Positions 15,271-28,690 of a stretch of DNA of 64,000 nucleotides are shown here, in pieces. Source of the stretch: Eledone cirrhosa (lineage: Eukaryota); the NCBI GenBank assembly GCA_964016885.1, contig OZ024740.1, positions 117,118,001 through 117,182,000 on the forward strand, read 5' to 3'. Position 1 is the first letter of the stretch; every line of letters starts with the position of its first letter. The notes under the pieces were generated by a model that was not told the origin of the DNA, did not search any database, and saw only the letters and a list, made by a program, of their open reading frames with translations. Both the position numbers and the translations under genes were made by a program.

Positions 15271-16398
15271 TTATATATATGACAGGCTGACTGAGTTAGA
15301 GTGAATAACCCAACGAAACGTAACTACCTATAAATGTCACTGTTGTAACTAATTACACTCAATTCGTTCTATGGATTGAGTGCTCTAACGCTTGAATATT
15401 TATACCAAATTTTTACTACAGTAAATATATATATATATATATATATGACAAAGGTTGTATAGTTGAGCATATATGAGACGCTTATGTATATTTAATACAC
15501 CGACGGCACCATTTTGGGATTTGTATCCGTCTTCTGTGAGGCTTACTCCTTTGCTGCCAAGACAAAAATAAACTGAAGGCTTATAATTTCTTTTTGTTTT
15601 TCTTATGAACATCGGCTGAAGAGGCTCATTTGGAAACAAAGCAAGAGCTGGCGTGTTCGAATTATAAGTAGTAGTAATGCTGAGACCTAGCGTGAGAAGT
15701 AATAAGGGTTGTATATAGAAGTATACACGAGATATTTATCTAGAATAAACATTCTTTTAGATACAGTATCACAGTGTGCTCTACCTTTGTTGTTAATGGC
15801 GGTGACATGATCATAGGTAATTAAAATATTCATAGCGAGACTTAAAGGATGTTCATTATACATAAATCCTTTGTATAAGCTACAATATACAACCCTGGTT
15901 ACGTCTCTCACAGTGTTAAGGTATAACTAGTGCTTATATATATATATAAATATATATATTATATATATATAAACAGGTAAAAGGATGATTAACACGGATA
16001 AGCGATATAATAGGGTTTTATTTCAAGCATTAACATATGTTTCATCGCGTAATAAGCAATTAATTATGTCTTGAAATCACTATCATCAATAGTTGATTGG
16101 CTATTGTGAAATTCGATTTTAAATACACAAAATGTAGTCACTAGGTGCATTATCAAAATACTGATCAAATTTGCTTTTCATCTCTCAGAGGTCGGTAGAA
16201 GTTAGTACCATGTCTAGTATAGGAGTAGATTCCTCCTCTATATCTCTCTCTCATATCCTCTATATCACTCTCTTTCCTTTCTTTGGAAGAAAGTGGCAAT
16301 ATTCAGATCTGTAGAGACGATGTACTCCGTCAGGTTTAAACGAATATGCTGTATATCGCTATAGCGCGTTTACTATTCTACCAGGAGTTACGGATCCC

Positions 16399-16514
<116 letters not shown>

Positions 16515-17493
16515 CATATTTGAAGAGGTAGGTATCACCAAAGCAAACAACATGCCTCTAGAGACGGAAAAAAAAAGAGGCTAGCTTCCTCAACGGAAAT
16601 CGAATTCCGTATTTCTGAAATTCCGGACGAGTCTAAAACCGTCTCCCGGGGTATTGTACCCGATGTTTTCAACTATTATTTATAGTGATCATCTGTGGTT
16701 ACATTTATTTTCTGCCTTTGAGATTCTTACATTTTCGAAAACTTTAAATCGCTTCGCTCCTCGATAATTCATGGGGGGAAAACTCGTTTTTACCCAATTT
16801 TGTTAAGTATAGCTACTTAAATTTGACGGAACCCATAATCGGTGGCCGCTTTCTTCAGTCTTTAGAGCATCGAGTAGGGATTCGAGAGATACAGAGTTCA
16901 ATAAACTGTAGCGGTTGTTGCTCTCTTCGTACTACCTTTGTGGAATTTAATTCAATTTTCTAAGCTAGTATTTATAGCAATCGACTGTTCTTACTATTAC
17001 TTTTTGCGTTTGGGCTGCCTACATTTTCAGAAATTTCAAACGCCCAGTACTTCGATAATGTTATAAAAAAACAACAAAAAAAAAAAACACACAGATATAC
17101 ACACACATATTTTCTTTAGCTATATGTGTATCTGTGTTTTTATGAGTGTGTGTCCATGTGTATGTGAAATGTGCGTGTTTGAAGTGTTGAATATATACGT
17201 ATGAACGGTTTATAAATAAAGATTGTATAGGTTTCTTTTAAATTTTGCACTACTGTGTATGTCATATGTAATACGAAACCTCGCGTGTCAACCATTTAAT
17301 CTGTTCTGGAGAAAGTGTTGTTTGTTTTTTAATGAAATAATAAAGAGTGAAATGAATAAACACCTTAACCTAAGCGATGAAAATAAGCTGGGTAGATTTC
17401 CATAGAAGCAACATAATCCTTTTCTATTACGACTGTTGGCCTTCTGGGCTGTAATTCTTCCCCATGTTTTAGCTCCCTATTTCCGGAGATACA

Positions 17494-17513
17494 ATTATTA
17501 TTATTGTTATTAA

Positions 17514-17586
<73 letters not shown>
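17494..17586. repeat. (TTA)n microsatellite, unoccupied
   Basis: About 30 TTA units with no LINE ends recognisable on either side. Confidence 0.95.
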
Positions 17587-17681
17587 TAAATAAATCATTT
17601 TAACATTTTATTTAGTGAAATAAAGTAAAGACGTAAGTAGGAAAAGGGAGAAAGATAAACTCTTGGTAAGACAGATTAATT

Positions 17682-17805
<124 letters not shown>

Positions 17806-18169
17806 TTAGAATATGTGTTTAAAATACCCTAGTATTTAAAACATTCAAACATTAAATGATTAAGAACTCAATACTGACGTATAGAGTGTGGGAATTTAGA
17901 AGAAAAGTTCCTGTGATTTCAAAATTTCAGTTTCGTCGGTTCATCTGGCTGCGCCCACACATATGGGTGGGGTTTCACTCACAAACAAATATATTCGGTA
18001 ACCCTTCCACCTCTACTCTGACCTTCATTAATCTATTTAAGGCCATTAGATGGCGTAGATAGATAGTGGAACGGAAATAATAGTGTACCAGTTACAAATA
18101 CATATGAAAACTACAGAATATATATAAAAACAAAATGTGATGGCGTTCTAACATAGTGGATGCGTAAAT

Positions 18170-18693
18170 GCATTCTGTGTGAATAACAATAAAATTAAAA
18201 TAATATTGATTCACAGCCTCATAACACCATGTGTTCTAGACGACTAACGTCATCCTTTTGTTTCGGCGGTAGCAGAGAGAAAAACAATCTACTATTATCA
18301 AGATTCTATATATTTCCATTTTCTGCTACACCCTGGAACTTTTGAGAGTATATAGTATTCTCTAAAGTATACATCGGATGATTACCCTAATTTGCATACC
18401 GAAGAAATTGTTTTTAATTTTCGGCAAAGCCAGCCATAAAATCGCTCCGGTAAGCAAATTAGGCTAATCAGCTGATGTATACTTTAGAGAATACTATATA
18501 TTCTCAACAGTTCCAGGGTGTAGCAGAAGGGAGAGAAATACACAATCTTGACAAGAGGCAATAACACCGAAACAATTGTAGATTGTTTTTCTCTTTACTA
18601 CCGCTGGAACAAATGGCGTTATGGGGATGTTTGCTTCCAAACGAATCAAGTATGAATATTATTATGATTTTATTGTTATTCTCTCACGAATGC
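18170..18693. mobile_element. Foldback/MITE-like long imperfect inverted repeat (~520 bp)
   Basis: ttctgctacaccctggaact..tatatagtattctctaaagtatacatc is mirrored by gatgtatactttagagaatactatata..agttccagggtgtagcagaa; outer arms gcattc..aataacaataaaat / attttattgttatt..gaatgc. Confidence 0.75.
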
Positions 18694-18779
18694 AGAATAT
18701 ATATAAATAGCCAGGTGGTTCCATTAAGTTAGATATGGCCTGGGACAATACTGGCCGAAACCTATCAAAATTATCAAAG

Positions 18780-18788
<9 letters not shown>

Positions 18789-18855
<67 letters not shown>
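18789..18855. repeat. (AAT)n tract: left boundary of retrotransposon stack
   Basis: Directly visible; abuts a Tx1 3' end. Confidence 0.95.
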
Positions 18856-18857
<2 letters not shown>

Positions 18858-19347
18858 TTTCTTTATTAACCACAAGGGTTTACATAAAGTAGACATTAAG
18901 GACAGTGCAGGACAATACAGGACGGTACAAATGGGCATTTCTGCGTGTAAAAAACAAAAACAGAGGATGTAACAAAAAAATAACAATGAAAAATTCACCA
19001 ATAGGGGGGAGACTTCGGAGGGACATTTGTGGAGAAAGCCCAGTAAAAGGCCACAATGACCCTGACCACCAAGGCAAGTGCCCTCTCCCAGTTTTCCACC
19101 TTTAATTTACAGATATATACTCAGAGTAGGCCCATTCACTCGGGCCATTCTTGCTTCTCTCACCCATCTTTCAACAAAATGCTGGGAAGAGAGCACTTCC
19201 CTCTCTACTCTGATTTTCCTTTTCAAATGAAATTTGAAAAAGTCAATCAGAGCATCACCGAAGAGGTAAGTGCTCGTCTTCAGCCCTTTCAAACGTGTCC
19301 GCCATACTATCTCTTTCGCCATGGCCACCAGACAGATAAAAATGCCT
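18856..19347 (-). mobile_element. Tx1-clade LINE family A, 5'-truncated copy (3' UTR + ORF2 C-terminus)
   Basis: Near-identical to 21736-22230 and 34758-35255; minus ORF 19107-19361 gives IFICLVAMAKEIVW..LSIYL*; AATAAA 6 nt before the (ATT)n tail. Confidence 0.92.
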
Positions 19348-21697
19348 TCACAGAGTCTCATGAGCTGTTAGCCCAACTTTACAATGAAATAGTTAAGGAG
19401 CCAGAAAAGATACCATCATGGCTAGTTAACGGCATTACATTCCTGCTTCCGAAGAATGATGAGACAAACAATCCCAAAAATTACAGACCGATAACTTGCT
19501 TGACCACAATGTATAACATTTTAACATCAGTCCTAACTGAATACACATATGACCACCTGATAACAAATGACCTATTTCCCATTGAGCAGAAAGGGTGTAA
19601 ACGAGGCTCATATGGCTGTAAGGATCAGCTTTTGGTTAACAAAATGATACTGGAAGATTGTCATAATAGACGCAAAAATCTCTCGATTGCTTGGATAGAT
19701 TATAAAAAAGCATTCGATAGTTTGCCACACAGTTGGATTGAAAAATGTTTAGAGATTTTCAAAATATCCCCCGTTGTCAGGAGGTTTTTGTCATTCAGTA
19801 TGAAGACATGGAAAACGACACTCCTTTTGAATAGTGAAACAAAATCACTGGAAGCTGGAGAAGTTAATATTAATTGTGGAATTTTTCAGGGTGACTCTTT
19901 ATCACCGCTTTTATTCTGCATCGCACTTATACCATTAAGTAAAATGCTCAATGAAACAAAACATGGATATAAAGTCTATGACAAAACCATTAATCACTTG
20001 TTCTACATGGATGACCTGAAACTATTTGCAAAAAATGATGAACAATTGCAAGGGCTATTATCCACTGTGGAGCAGTTCAGTGATGACATTAAAATGGAGT
20101 TTGGACTAGATAAATGCGCCAAAGCAACGTTCACCAGAGGAAAGCTGCTGAAGAGTTCAGACATTAATCTTGATCGGGGGAACGTGATAAGAGAACTTGA
20201 TCAAGAAAAATCTTACAAATATCTAGTTGTTTGTGAAGGAGACGGAATCAAGCACTCGACAATGAGGGAAAGGATAAGGAAGGAATGTTACCGCAGAGTA
20301 AGAGCAATCTTAAGAACGGAATTGAATGCAAGGAATAGGATCGATGCCATAAACACGCGTGCCATACCAGTAGTAACCTACAGTTACAATGTCTTCAACT
20401 GGTCAAGCACAGAGATCCGTAGGCTCGATACAAAAATTCGAAAATTCTTAACCATGCACAGAATGCATCACCCTAAGGCAGATATAGATAGAATATATCT
20501 CCCTAGGAAAGAAGGAGGACGTGGGTTAATCCAGTTAGACATTGCGTTGAAAACTGCAACAATTGGATTATCTACATATCTAAGGGAATCACATGATTGG
20601 ATGATCAAACTCGTTTTGAAACATGAGAGCATCAAAAGATCATACTCCATTACAAAAGATGCACCAAGATACAGTAATGGACTACATATTTCAGAAGTTC
20701 CCTTTACTGCTGAAATGCAAAACACAGAAAAAGCAAAGCAGGTAAAAGTAACTGCAAAGAAAGAACTGCTACAGAAACTGGCTAAGAAATGGCAAGAAAA
20801 GCCTCTGTATGGAAAATACCCAGAGCGAGCTAACAATCCTGATGTTGACAAAACTTTAACCCATCAGTGGTTGGCATCCTCTGGACTGAAATCGGAGACT
20901 GAAGGACTGATTATATCAGCACAAGATCAGTGTCTGCCAACAAAAAATTACCAAGCCAACATAATAAAAAATGGATGCAGCCCATTATGCCGTGTATGCA
21001 AAAAACAACCAGAGACGATTGACCATATAATTTCAATGTGCAGTCCTATAGCTCCAACCGAATACATAAACAGGCATGACAGAGCTGCACAATACATACA
21101 TTAGATAATGTGTAAGCATTTTGACCTGCCTCATCAAAAGAATTGGTGGGAGCATCAACCACCTCCCATACTTGAAAAAGATCACATCTCAATCTTGTGG
21201 AACTTTAGCATCCAAACAGACCGAAAAATAGATGCAAATAGACCTGATATAATATTGAAGGACTTTCAAAAGAGGGTATGCCTGCTAATTGATATGTCTG
21301 TTCCAATAGACAAGAATGTATCTATAAAAACATTTGAAAAATTGAGCAAGTATAAGGACCTGGAGATAGAAATTGGAAAAATGTGGAAATTGAGAACTAA
21401 AACAATACCAGTGGTTGTAGGCGCTCTGGGAATGATACCTAAGGGTTCTAATGATTACTTATCGCAAATCCCAGGAAACCCGCGTATAGGAGAAATACAA
21501 AAGATAGTACTAATGGGAACTGCCCATATACTAAGGAAGAGTCTGTCAATATAAGTACATCACAAGTCTAAACACTAAAGATGCATGTGTGAGTATGTAT
21601 GTTCTTTCTTGAACATGGTGGACCTTGTTGTCTCTTGAGGTCACTGGTTGTGACTTGGTGATAACTCGTATGAACATAAAGCAAGATAAATGCAACT

Positions 21698-21698
<1 letters not shown>
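19345..21698 (+). mobile_element. R4/Dong-clade RLE retrotransposon family A, 5'-truncated, one premature stop
   Basis: RT motifs [42 protein letters not shown]; CCHC CRVC..H..C; RHD; RLE NRPD..LIDMSVP..KLSKY; TAG at 21102-21104 where copy 33588 has TGG; ORF ends 21554; (TAA)n tail. Confidence 0.93.
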
Positions 21699-21735
<37 letters not shown>

Positions 21736-21736
<1 letters not shown>

Positions 21737-24700
21737 TTTTCTTTATTAACCACAAGGGTTTACATAAAGTATACATTAAGGACAGTGCAGGACAATACAG
21801 GATGGTACAAATGGGCATTTCTGCGTGTAAAAAACAAAAACAGAGGATGTAACAAAAAAAATTAACAATGAAAAATTCACCAATAGGGGGGAGACTTCGG
21901 AGGGACATTTGTGGAGAAAGCCCAGTAAAAGGCCACAGTGACCCTGACCACCAAGGCAAGTGCCCTCTCCCAGTTTTCCACCTTTAATTTACAGATACGT
22001 ACTCAGAGTAGGCCCATTCACTCGGGCCATTCTTGCTTCTCTCACCCATCTTTCAACAAAATGCTGGGAAGAGAGCACTCACCTCTCTATTCTGATTTTC
22101 CTTTTCAAATGAAATTTGAAAAAGTCAATCAGGGCATCACCGAAGAAGTAAGTGCTCGTCTTCAGCCCTTTCAAACGTGTCCACCATACTATCTCTTTCG
22201 CCATGGCCACCAGAAAGATAAAAACTGCCTGCCCTTCCCGGCTAAGGGAAGAGGGCGGGGCAATCCTCACGATGGACTCAGATGATAGCCGGATCCGTCC
22301 TACACGCGACAGCAGGTGTTCGACATAAACCCACAAGCCAGAAATTTTCGGACACTGGACGAGTGCGACAAGGACGGTTTCGTCGCCCTGCGCGCATCTC
22401 GGACATGCCCGGCCAACGGCACCTCCATGCCTGTAGAGTTTATCCCGAACTGGCAAGGCTCCTCGGTAGCACTGCCAGGCCAGAGATTTCTGGAAATTGT
22501 CCATAGGTCCCGGCCCGAAAGTTCTTCCGAAAAGATTGGCTAGTTGATTTTCGTCGACGCCTAGAGTTTCCCCAAGTACGTCATCGCTCTTCCTCTCCAC
22601 TAATCCTCTATAGAACGCCGAGGTGGAGTTTCCACCGATCACATTGCCCGATTGGTCGAGGGCTGTGAGCGCCTGAAGACATTCCAGTCTCCAGGCGCTC
22701 CCTCTCGGTCTTCGCTTGACCCAGGACTGCAGCTCCGTCAAGGAAACGAGCTGGGGAAATACGTTTCTAGCAAACGGCGACCACACCTGATCACCGTCGA
22801 GGAAGAGGTGGAGATGTCGTAGCCTGAGCGCGTCTCTGCGCATCATCAGCCACGGCATTCCCAGCCCTCCACGTAGCGGGTGTTGACAGCAGATGGACCG
22901 CCTGACCATCGGAGCGCTTCCCTTCCACAAAAAGCGAAAGAGCAAACGCTCCAGCGCAGTCAGGCGGGGCTTAGGACAAGGTACGACGGTCAGGCGGTAG
23001 CAGATGACAGACGCGACGTACGCGTTAGCCACCTCCGCTCGATCTTTCAGGGATAGCTTCCTCTCCGCCCATTTCTGGGTGAGAGAAGCCACCCTGCTCG
23101 TCACCTCGTCCCAGTTTTTGTCCGTCTGGAGGTCCGGACCGAACCAGACCCCTAGCAATTTAACCGGTCCGTCCGTCCAGCGTCCGACGACGCTGTTGGA
23201 CGGCATGGACCTGACTTTTCCTGGTTGATCATTGCTCCTGTCACCGCTTCGTATTCTTTTAGTGTAGTGCCGATCGCCTCGATGTGTTTGGCGTTCGACA
23301 CCACTACGGTGACATCGTCCGCATATGCTGACACGGATCTTCCGCATCCTAGTTCGCGCGGGACGCCCCTCAATGTCTCCAGTTTGTGCAGTAATGGCTC
23401 GAGAGTCAATACGTACAAGAGGGACGAGAGGGAACATCCTTGGCGGACCGAGCGCATGATGTTGAACGGTTCCGACATGTGACTGTTCACTCTCACCACA
23501 GAGCAGATGTCGCTGTGCATAGCAGCGATCCAGCCTCTGAAGACGGGTACAAAGCCAGCCGCCCTCAGGACTGCCGCTAGGTAACGATGGTCGACCCTAT
23601 CGAAAGCTTTCGACTGATCTAAATTGATCAAGGACCCACCCGTACCAGGTTCCCTAGCTACCCTCTCTACGATGTATCGCATGAGGTGGAGGTTGTCGTG
23701 GATGGATCTGTCGGGAATGGCGCATGTCTGCGCCTCTCCCACCAGACCACCAACGACAAGCACCAACCTCTTTGCTAGCACCTTGGCCAAAATCTTGAAC
23801 TCTGTGTTTAGCAGAAAATATGGGCCTGAAATTATCTATGTGATCCCCCTTGTTCGGATCCTTTCTCAGCAGTGCCACCGCTCCTCGGCTCACAGAACTG
23901 GGAATTCTCCCGTTCTGTTGCCAGTTGCAATAGACGTCCGCCAAGAGGCCTCCGAACAAGTCTGGCATCTGTACGTAAAGTTCATAGGGCAGACCATCCA
24001 AACCAGCGATTTACCCCTTGTGCAGCTAGTCATTGCCTCCCTTACTTCAGCGGCTGCTATCGGCTTTTCGAAACACTCCGCCTCAGTGGCCGAGAGCCGC
24101 GGCAGTCCGTCGAGGTAGACACTAAAGTCCATCCCTCGACCCGGCCCACCGCTGCCCCCGAACAACTGAGCGAAGTATCGCTGAAAAGCTTCACACATTT
24201 GCCCGGGATCGAGTAGCATGCGCCCGTCGTGTTCCACCAAAGACCGGATCGTGGCTTTGTTGCCACGACGGGCCTCCGCCACTCGGGCCCATTGAACGGC
24301 TTTCGTCCCCTCGTGTCTGAGAGCACGCACCCTAGCTCTGACAACACAGCCTTCGTGCTTTGGATTGAAGAATTGGTCCAGGGCCAATTTCGCCGCAAGC
24401 ACGTCGGTCGCAATGCCTTTGCTAAGCACCTCGTCTAATTTTTTAACTAGTTCTCCCTCTGCTCTATTTTTCTCTATTGCTAAAGCCTTACTAAACCTAA
24501 TGGATTCTATTCTAATCGCTCTTTTCAGAGCAAACCACCACTTGTTGTTGACGATGGCCCCCGTCAACGCCCGCTTAACTAGTTCGCTAATCCGGTCTCT
24601 GTAGGCCTTGTGCGCTGGTAAGGACGTGTTTAGCTTCCAGTAGCCGGGTCCTCGTCTATGAATCCTATCTAAGTCAAGCACACAGATGACGAATTTGTGG

Positions 24701-27700
24701 TCCGGGTAGCTGACTATCTTGAATTGTGGACAGCCTATGCTAGACCTATCTATTTCCCTACAAAATACTCTATCTAGATATGATCTGGATGACCCTATGC
24801 GGTTTGTCCAAGTCCACATCTGCACATTCGGGAAATCCAATCGGTACCTGTCAGACAGTTCAAAACGCCTGAGTAGGTTGGTGAGGCTCTTGCACCCTTC
24901 ACCCCTATCGGCTAATCCCACACAGTCCCAGCGTGCATCTAAGATCCCGTTCCAGTCGCCCACTAAAGAGCGGGACGTTCCAAGAAAGGTCTCCAGACGC
25001 CGGAAGAAATCAGGCCGCCCTGCTCCTGTCGGGGCATAGACGGCCACTAGCCTGAAAGCTTGCCCGTCTCCGCTGGTCACGTCCAGCACCACCAACTTAC
25101 CCTCTGGGTACAGAAAGATGGTCCGTATGGCGAGATCCAAACCTCTCCGAAAAAGCACAGCAACTCCTCCACCCGATCCAGGACGGCTGGGAGATGCGTA
25201 CACATCGTAGCTGCCGAAGATCGGTGCGAAGGCCCGTGCTTCGGAGATTCTGGTCTCGCTGATGACCACTACATCTATGTTTAGTGACCTGAGGTCGTTG
25301 AGCAGGTGACCCTGCTTCCATGACGACCCCAAGCCACGCGCATTTATGCTGCCTATTCTGAGTGACGTCATGTTTAAAATAGAGTGGAAAAGCCACTTAC
25401 CGTACTTTTCTAGAGGAAGGATGGCTTTTCCATCCCTTTTCACTTCGTCTAGTGAAGAGACCGTTGAATCGTCCCTTTGGCTGGTCGTCGGCTCTTCTAT
25501 GAGTATGTCCGAATATACTCTTTGGTTGAGAATCACTCCTAGGTCTCTGAAATCACCAACTGCGTTGGGGAATTTCGTTTTAATGTTTGTGTATTGTTTC
25601 TGTACTATTTTTAGCAGTCTTATATTAGTTGGCGTTTTGATTGGTGCTGGTATTATGTAGTCGTGTTGTGAAATGTCTGTGTGTTCAATTATGTAAGTCA
25701 TTAGTTTCTTGTTGTGTGTATTTATTTCCGTGCATTTGTTTTTCTGGGGGTGGGGTGTGGTTCTGCTATTTTCTTGTCGTTGTTGCTGGGTGTGTGTGTT
25801 TTGTTGTGTTTGCGATGTTGGTGCTTGTGGTGGTGGTGTTGAAGGTGTTGTTGTGTTGGCGGTGGGGTTGTCGCCGGTGGTGATGGTGGTGCTAGTGTGG
25901 GTGGTGATAGTGTTGGTGGTGTTGCTGCTGTGAGTCTCTTTGCAGTAGCCTTTACCCTTTTTTCATTTCTTTCCTCCCTTTTCGAATGCGACGATGCGCT
26001 GCCTTTGCGTTTGTGCCTTCTTACGACCTTTTACCATCCCTCTCCCACCTCACACTCCATGTCTGATTCTGTCAAGTCGGGGAGGGGTACCAGCTCCACT
26101 CTTTCACTTGTTGTTGTTGGTGATGTTTGCACTGGAGTCTCTGTTGCAGCTGCATTTGGTATTACTGTTGTTGTTGTTAATACTTCCACTGCTGCTGCTG
26201 TTTTTGATTTCCCTTGCGTGGGTATGGGTGCCACGGACCTATCGTTCCTGGTTGCCGCTTGTCCTGTTGCTGGTAGCCGTGGAGCCGGTTTCGGAAGGAG
26301 GGGGGTTTTCTCCTTTCCCAGGGCCTTCTCGTTGCAGAAGGCCCTCAGGTGAGTCTTCGATCCACAGCGAAAGCATTTCGGGCGTTTTCTCTCAACACTT
26401 ATGGGCAGTTGAGTGCCGTTATCGAAGTCTATCACATCCGGGATAGCTTCGATGCACTCCTGGTTGGTTTGGATTAACATCTCAATGGAGGTGCCGACCC
26501 AATCTTCTCTTACTTTTTTTGTATTTGCAGTACAGTTGTTTTGTCCTCGATTCCGACGAGGACAGACGCGGCCAGCCAAGAAGGGGCCATCCCGGGGGGG
26601 GGGGGGGGGGGGGGACCTGGGTCAGTTTGACCCTCACAATTTTTTGCCCGCAGTAGGAGGGCACCAACACCATTTCCTCGCTCCTTAGGGTCACTAAGGA
26701 TTGAGCCTTTGCCTCCTGGGGTGTGGCAAAAAGCACGTCTACGGTGGCATATTTCTTGCCTCGGGTGATGTGCGTTTTCCGCTGCCACACAGACCCCAAG
26801 TGTTTTTGTATTTGAGCCTTTGTGGCTCTTTCAACCCTACGGGATTTTGTACTTACTGTACGGTACGTGACCGTACAGTGCTGTTGGGTTTCGAAAAAAT
26901 TTTTCGGCTGCCTTGCAGATTGCTCGGTGTCCGGTTTTCGTCACCATCTTCTTCGCTTCCTCTAATTCCTCATTTGTTATGAGGATGGTTTCCAGGTTCT
27001 TTGCGATACCTGCAAATGAGATTGGTTTTTCTTTGCTGTTGTTGTTGTTGTTGTTGTTGTTCTCGTCAGAGCTGCTGTTACTTTTGTTGTTGCTGCAGGT
27101 ACTACGACTACTGCCGCCGCCGCTGTTGCTGTGGTTGTTGTTGTTGTTGCTGCTGCTGCTGTTGTTGTTGCTGCTAATGCTGTTGTTGTTTATGCTTCTG
27201 CTGATGCTGTTGCGGCTGCTACTGTTGTTTTCCTTGTCACTGTTGCTGCTGTTATTACGGCTGTTACTGCTATTATTCCTGACGTCAGACGAATGAAATG
27301 GGTTTTCGTATTTCCCGCACATCTTTTTCGTCGTTGTCGTCGTCGTCGAGGAGAAATCTTGCACGCTTTGCACGTGATTTTTTTTTTCTGGCGTCGCTTG
27401 CGAAAGAGAAGGGGGGGGGAGAGAGACACATTTAGAGAAGGGAGGGAGAGAGACAATCTTCTCTCTGCTGTAGTGACGATTGAGGAAGAAGAAGACGGAA
27501 TGAGTGGGAGTGACCTATGAAAATTCTTTTACGTAGCCATGTTGTTTTTTTTGTTTAAAATAAATATTGGGCACAAAACCCCAATAAGCGGTTATTTAAC
27601 CCCGAAGGGCCAAATAACGGGCAGAAAGACCCCTCTCACGAGGAGGAGGGTGTTTTTGTCTACAAGTTGGTTAAAGTGTTAAACAATTACAATTGTTATA

Positions 27701-27755
27701 GCGGTCAAAATTTACAATACCTTACAGAGCCGAGCCTCCGTCAACCATAGCATTC
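21736..27755 (-). mobile_element. Tx1-clade LINE family A, full-length (~6.0 kb) but frameshifted copy
   Basis: Colinear with 34758-40788 end to end; ORF1 and ORF2 broken by indels (31-nt deletion near 23213, G21 run 26594-26614); (AAT)n on both sides. Confidence 0.93.
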
Positions 27756-27776
27756 AATAATAATAATAATAATAAT

Positions 27777-28068
27777 GATTTCTTTATTGGCCACAAGGGC
27801 TGACATCAAGAAAAAACATTACAGACGGCACAGGACGGTACAGGACGGTACGATGTGGGTTTTGTTCGTGTAAAGATTTTTATTATTTATATAAGAAAAG
27901 AAAAAGACATAGAAACATATATATATAAACAATAAAAATGAAAATTGAAACAATGAAAAATTCCCCAATAGGGGGGAAACATCCGAGGGTTACTCGTGGC
28001 GAAAACCACACAAAAGACCACGGCCACCCTGACCACCAGGGCAAGCGCCCTCTCTCATGTTTTCCATT
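27777..28068 (-). mobile_element. 3' UTR of a second, related Tx1 family (family B)
   Basis: Shares gatttctttatt..ccacaaggg, caggacggtac, aaaattccccaataggggg and ccctgaccacca.ggcaag.gccctctc blocks with the family A 3' UTR but is clearly diverged between them. Confidence 0.8.
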
Positions 28069-28069
28069 T

Positions 28070-28160
28070 CTCTACCAATACTGCCAATCCACTAATAATA
28101 ATAATAATTGTTTCTACTTTAGGCACAAGGCCAGCAATTGATCAGTGCATTACTGGTACT

Positions 28161-28163
<3 letters not shown>
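28070..28163 (-). mobile_element. SINE head (28070-28093) and SINE tail (28107-28163) fragments separated by short (AAT)n
   Basis: Match to the SINE ends at 47822-48010 and 8178-8359. Confidence 0.75.
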
Positions 28164-28213
<50 letters not shown>

Positions 28214-28215
<2 letters not shown>

Positions 28216-28618
28216 GAACACAATAGACCTGACCTGGTGGTTGTGGACAAAGAAAAAAGATCGTGCCTAATTGTGGATGTGGCCTGCCCATTCGACACGA
28301 GAGTGCAAGAGAAGGAGAGGGAGAAAATTAACCGATACCAGGACTTAAAGTGGGAGGTAAAAAGGATTTGGTACTGCCATGAAGTCAAAGTGATCCCGAT
28401 TGTGATAGGCGCAGTAGGGACTATCTCAAAAAGTTTCCAGGGATGGTTAAAGAAAATTGGCCCCTTCACGCTTTTTGGAACGCTTCAAAAGGCATGCTTG
28501 CTGGGAACAGCAAGAACCCTCCGATACGTCCTGAATATCTGAGGCTGCAGGTAGTGGCTTGATATTCATTTCAACAAACTTTCCAGTTAACTAACATCAA
28601 TGACTGAGACTCAAAGAG
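28214..28618 (+). mobile_element. R4/Dong family B, short 5'-truncated copy (RLE + 3' UTR)
   Basis: EHNRPDLVVVDKEKRSCLIVDVACP..YVLNI* near-identical to the end of the 30072 ORF; flanked by (TAA)n. Confidence 0.92.
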
Positions 28619-28632
28619 TAATAATAATGGTG

Positions 28633-28690
<58 letters not shown>

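Noticed and set aside
28138-28542. 134-aa ORF with poly-Ile leader as a membrane-anchored nuclease
   Set aside because: Poly-Ile is the (ATA)n tract read in frame into a truncated Dong-B fragment.
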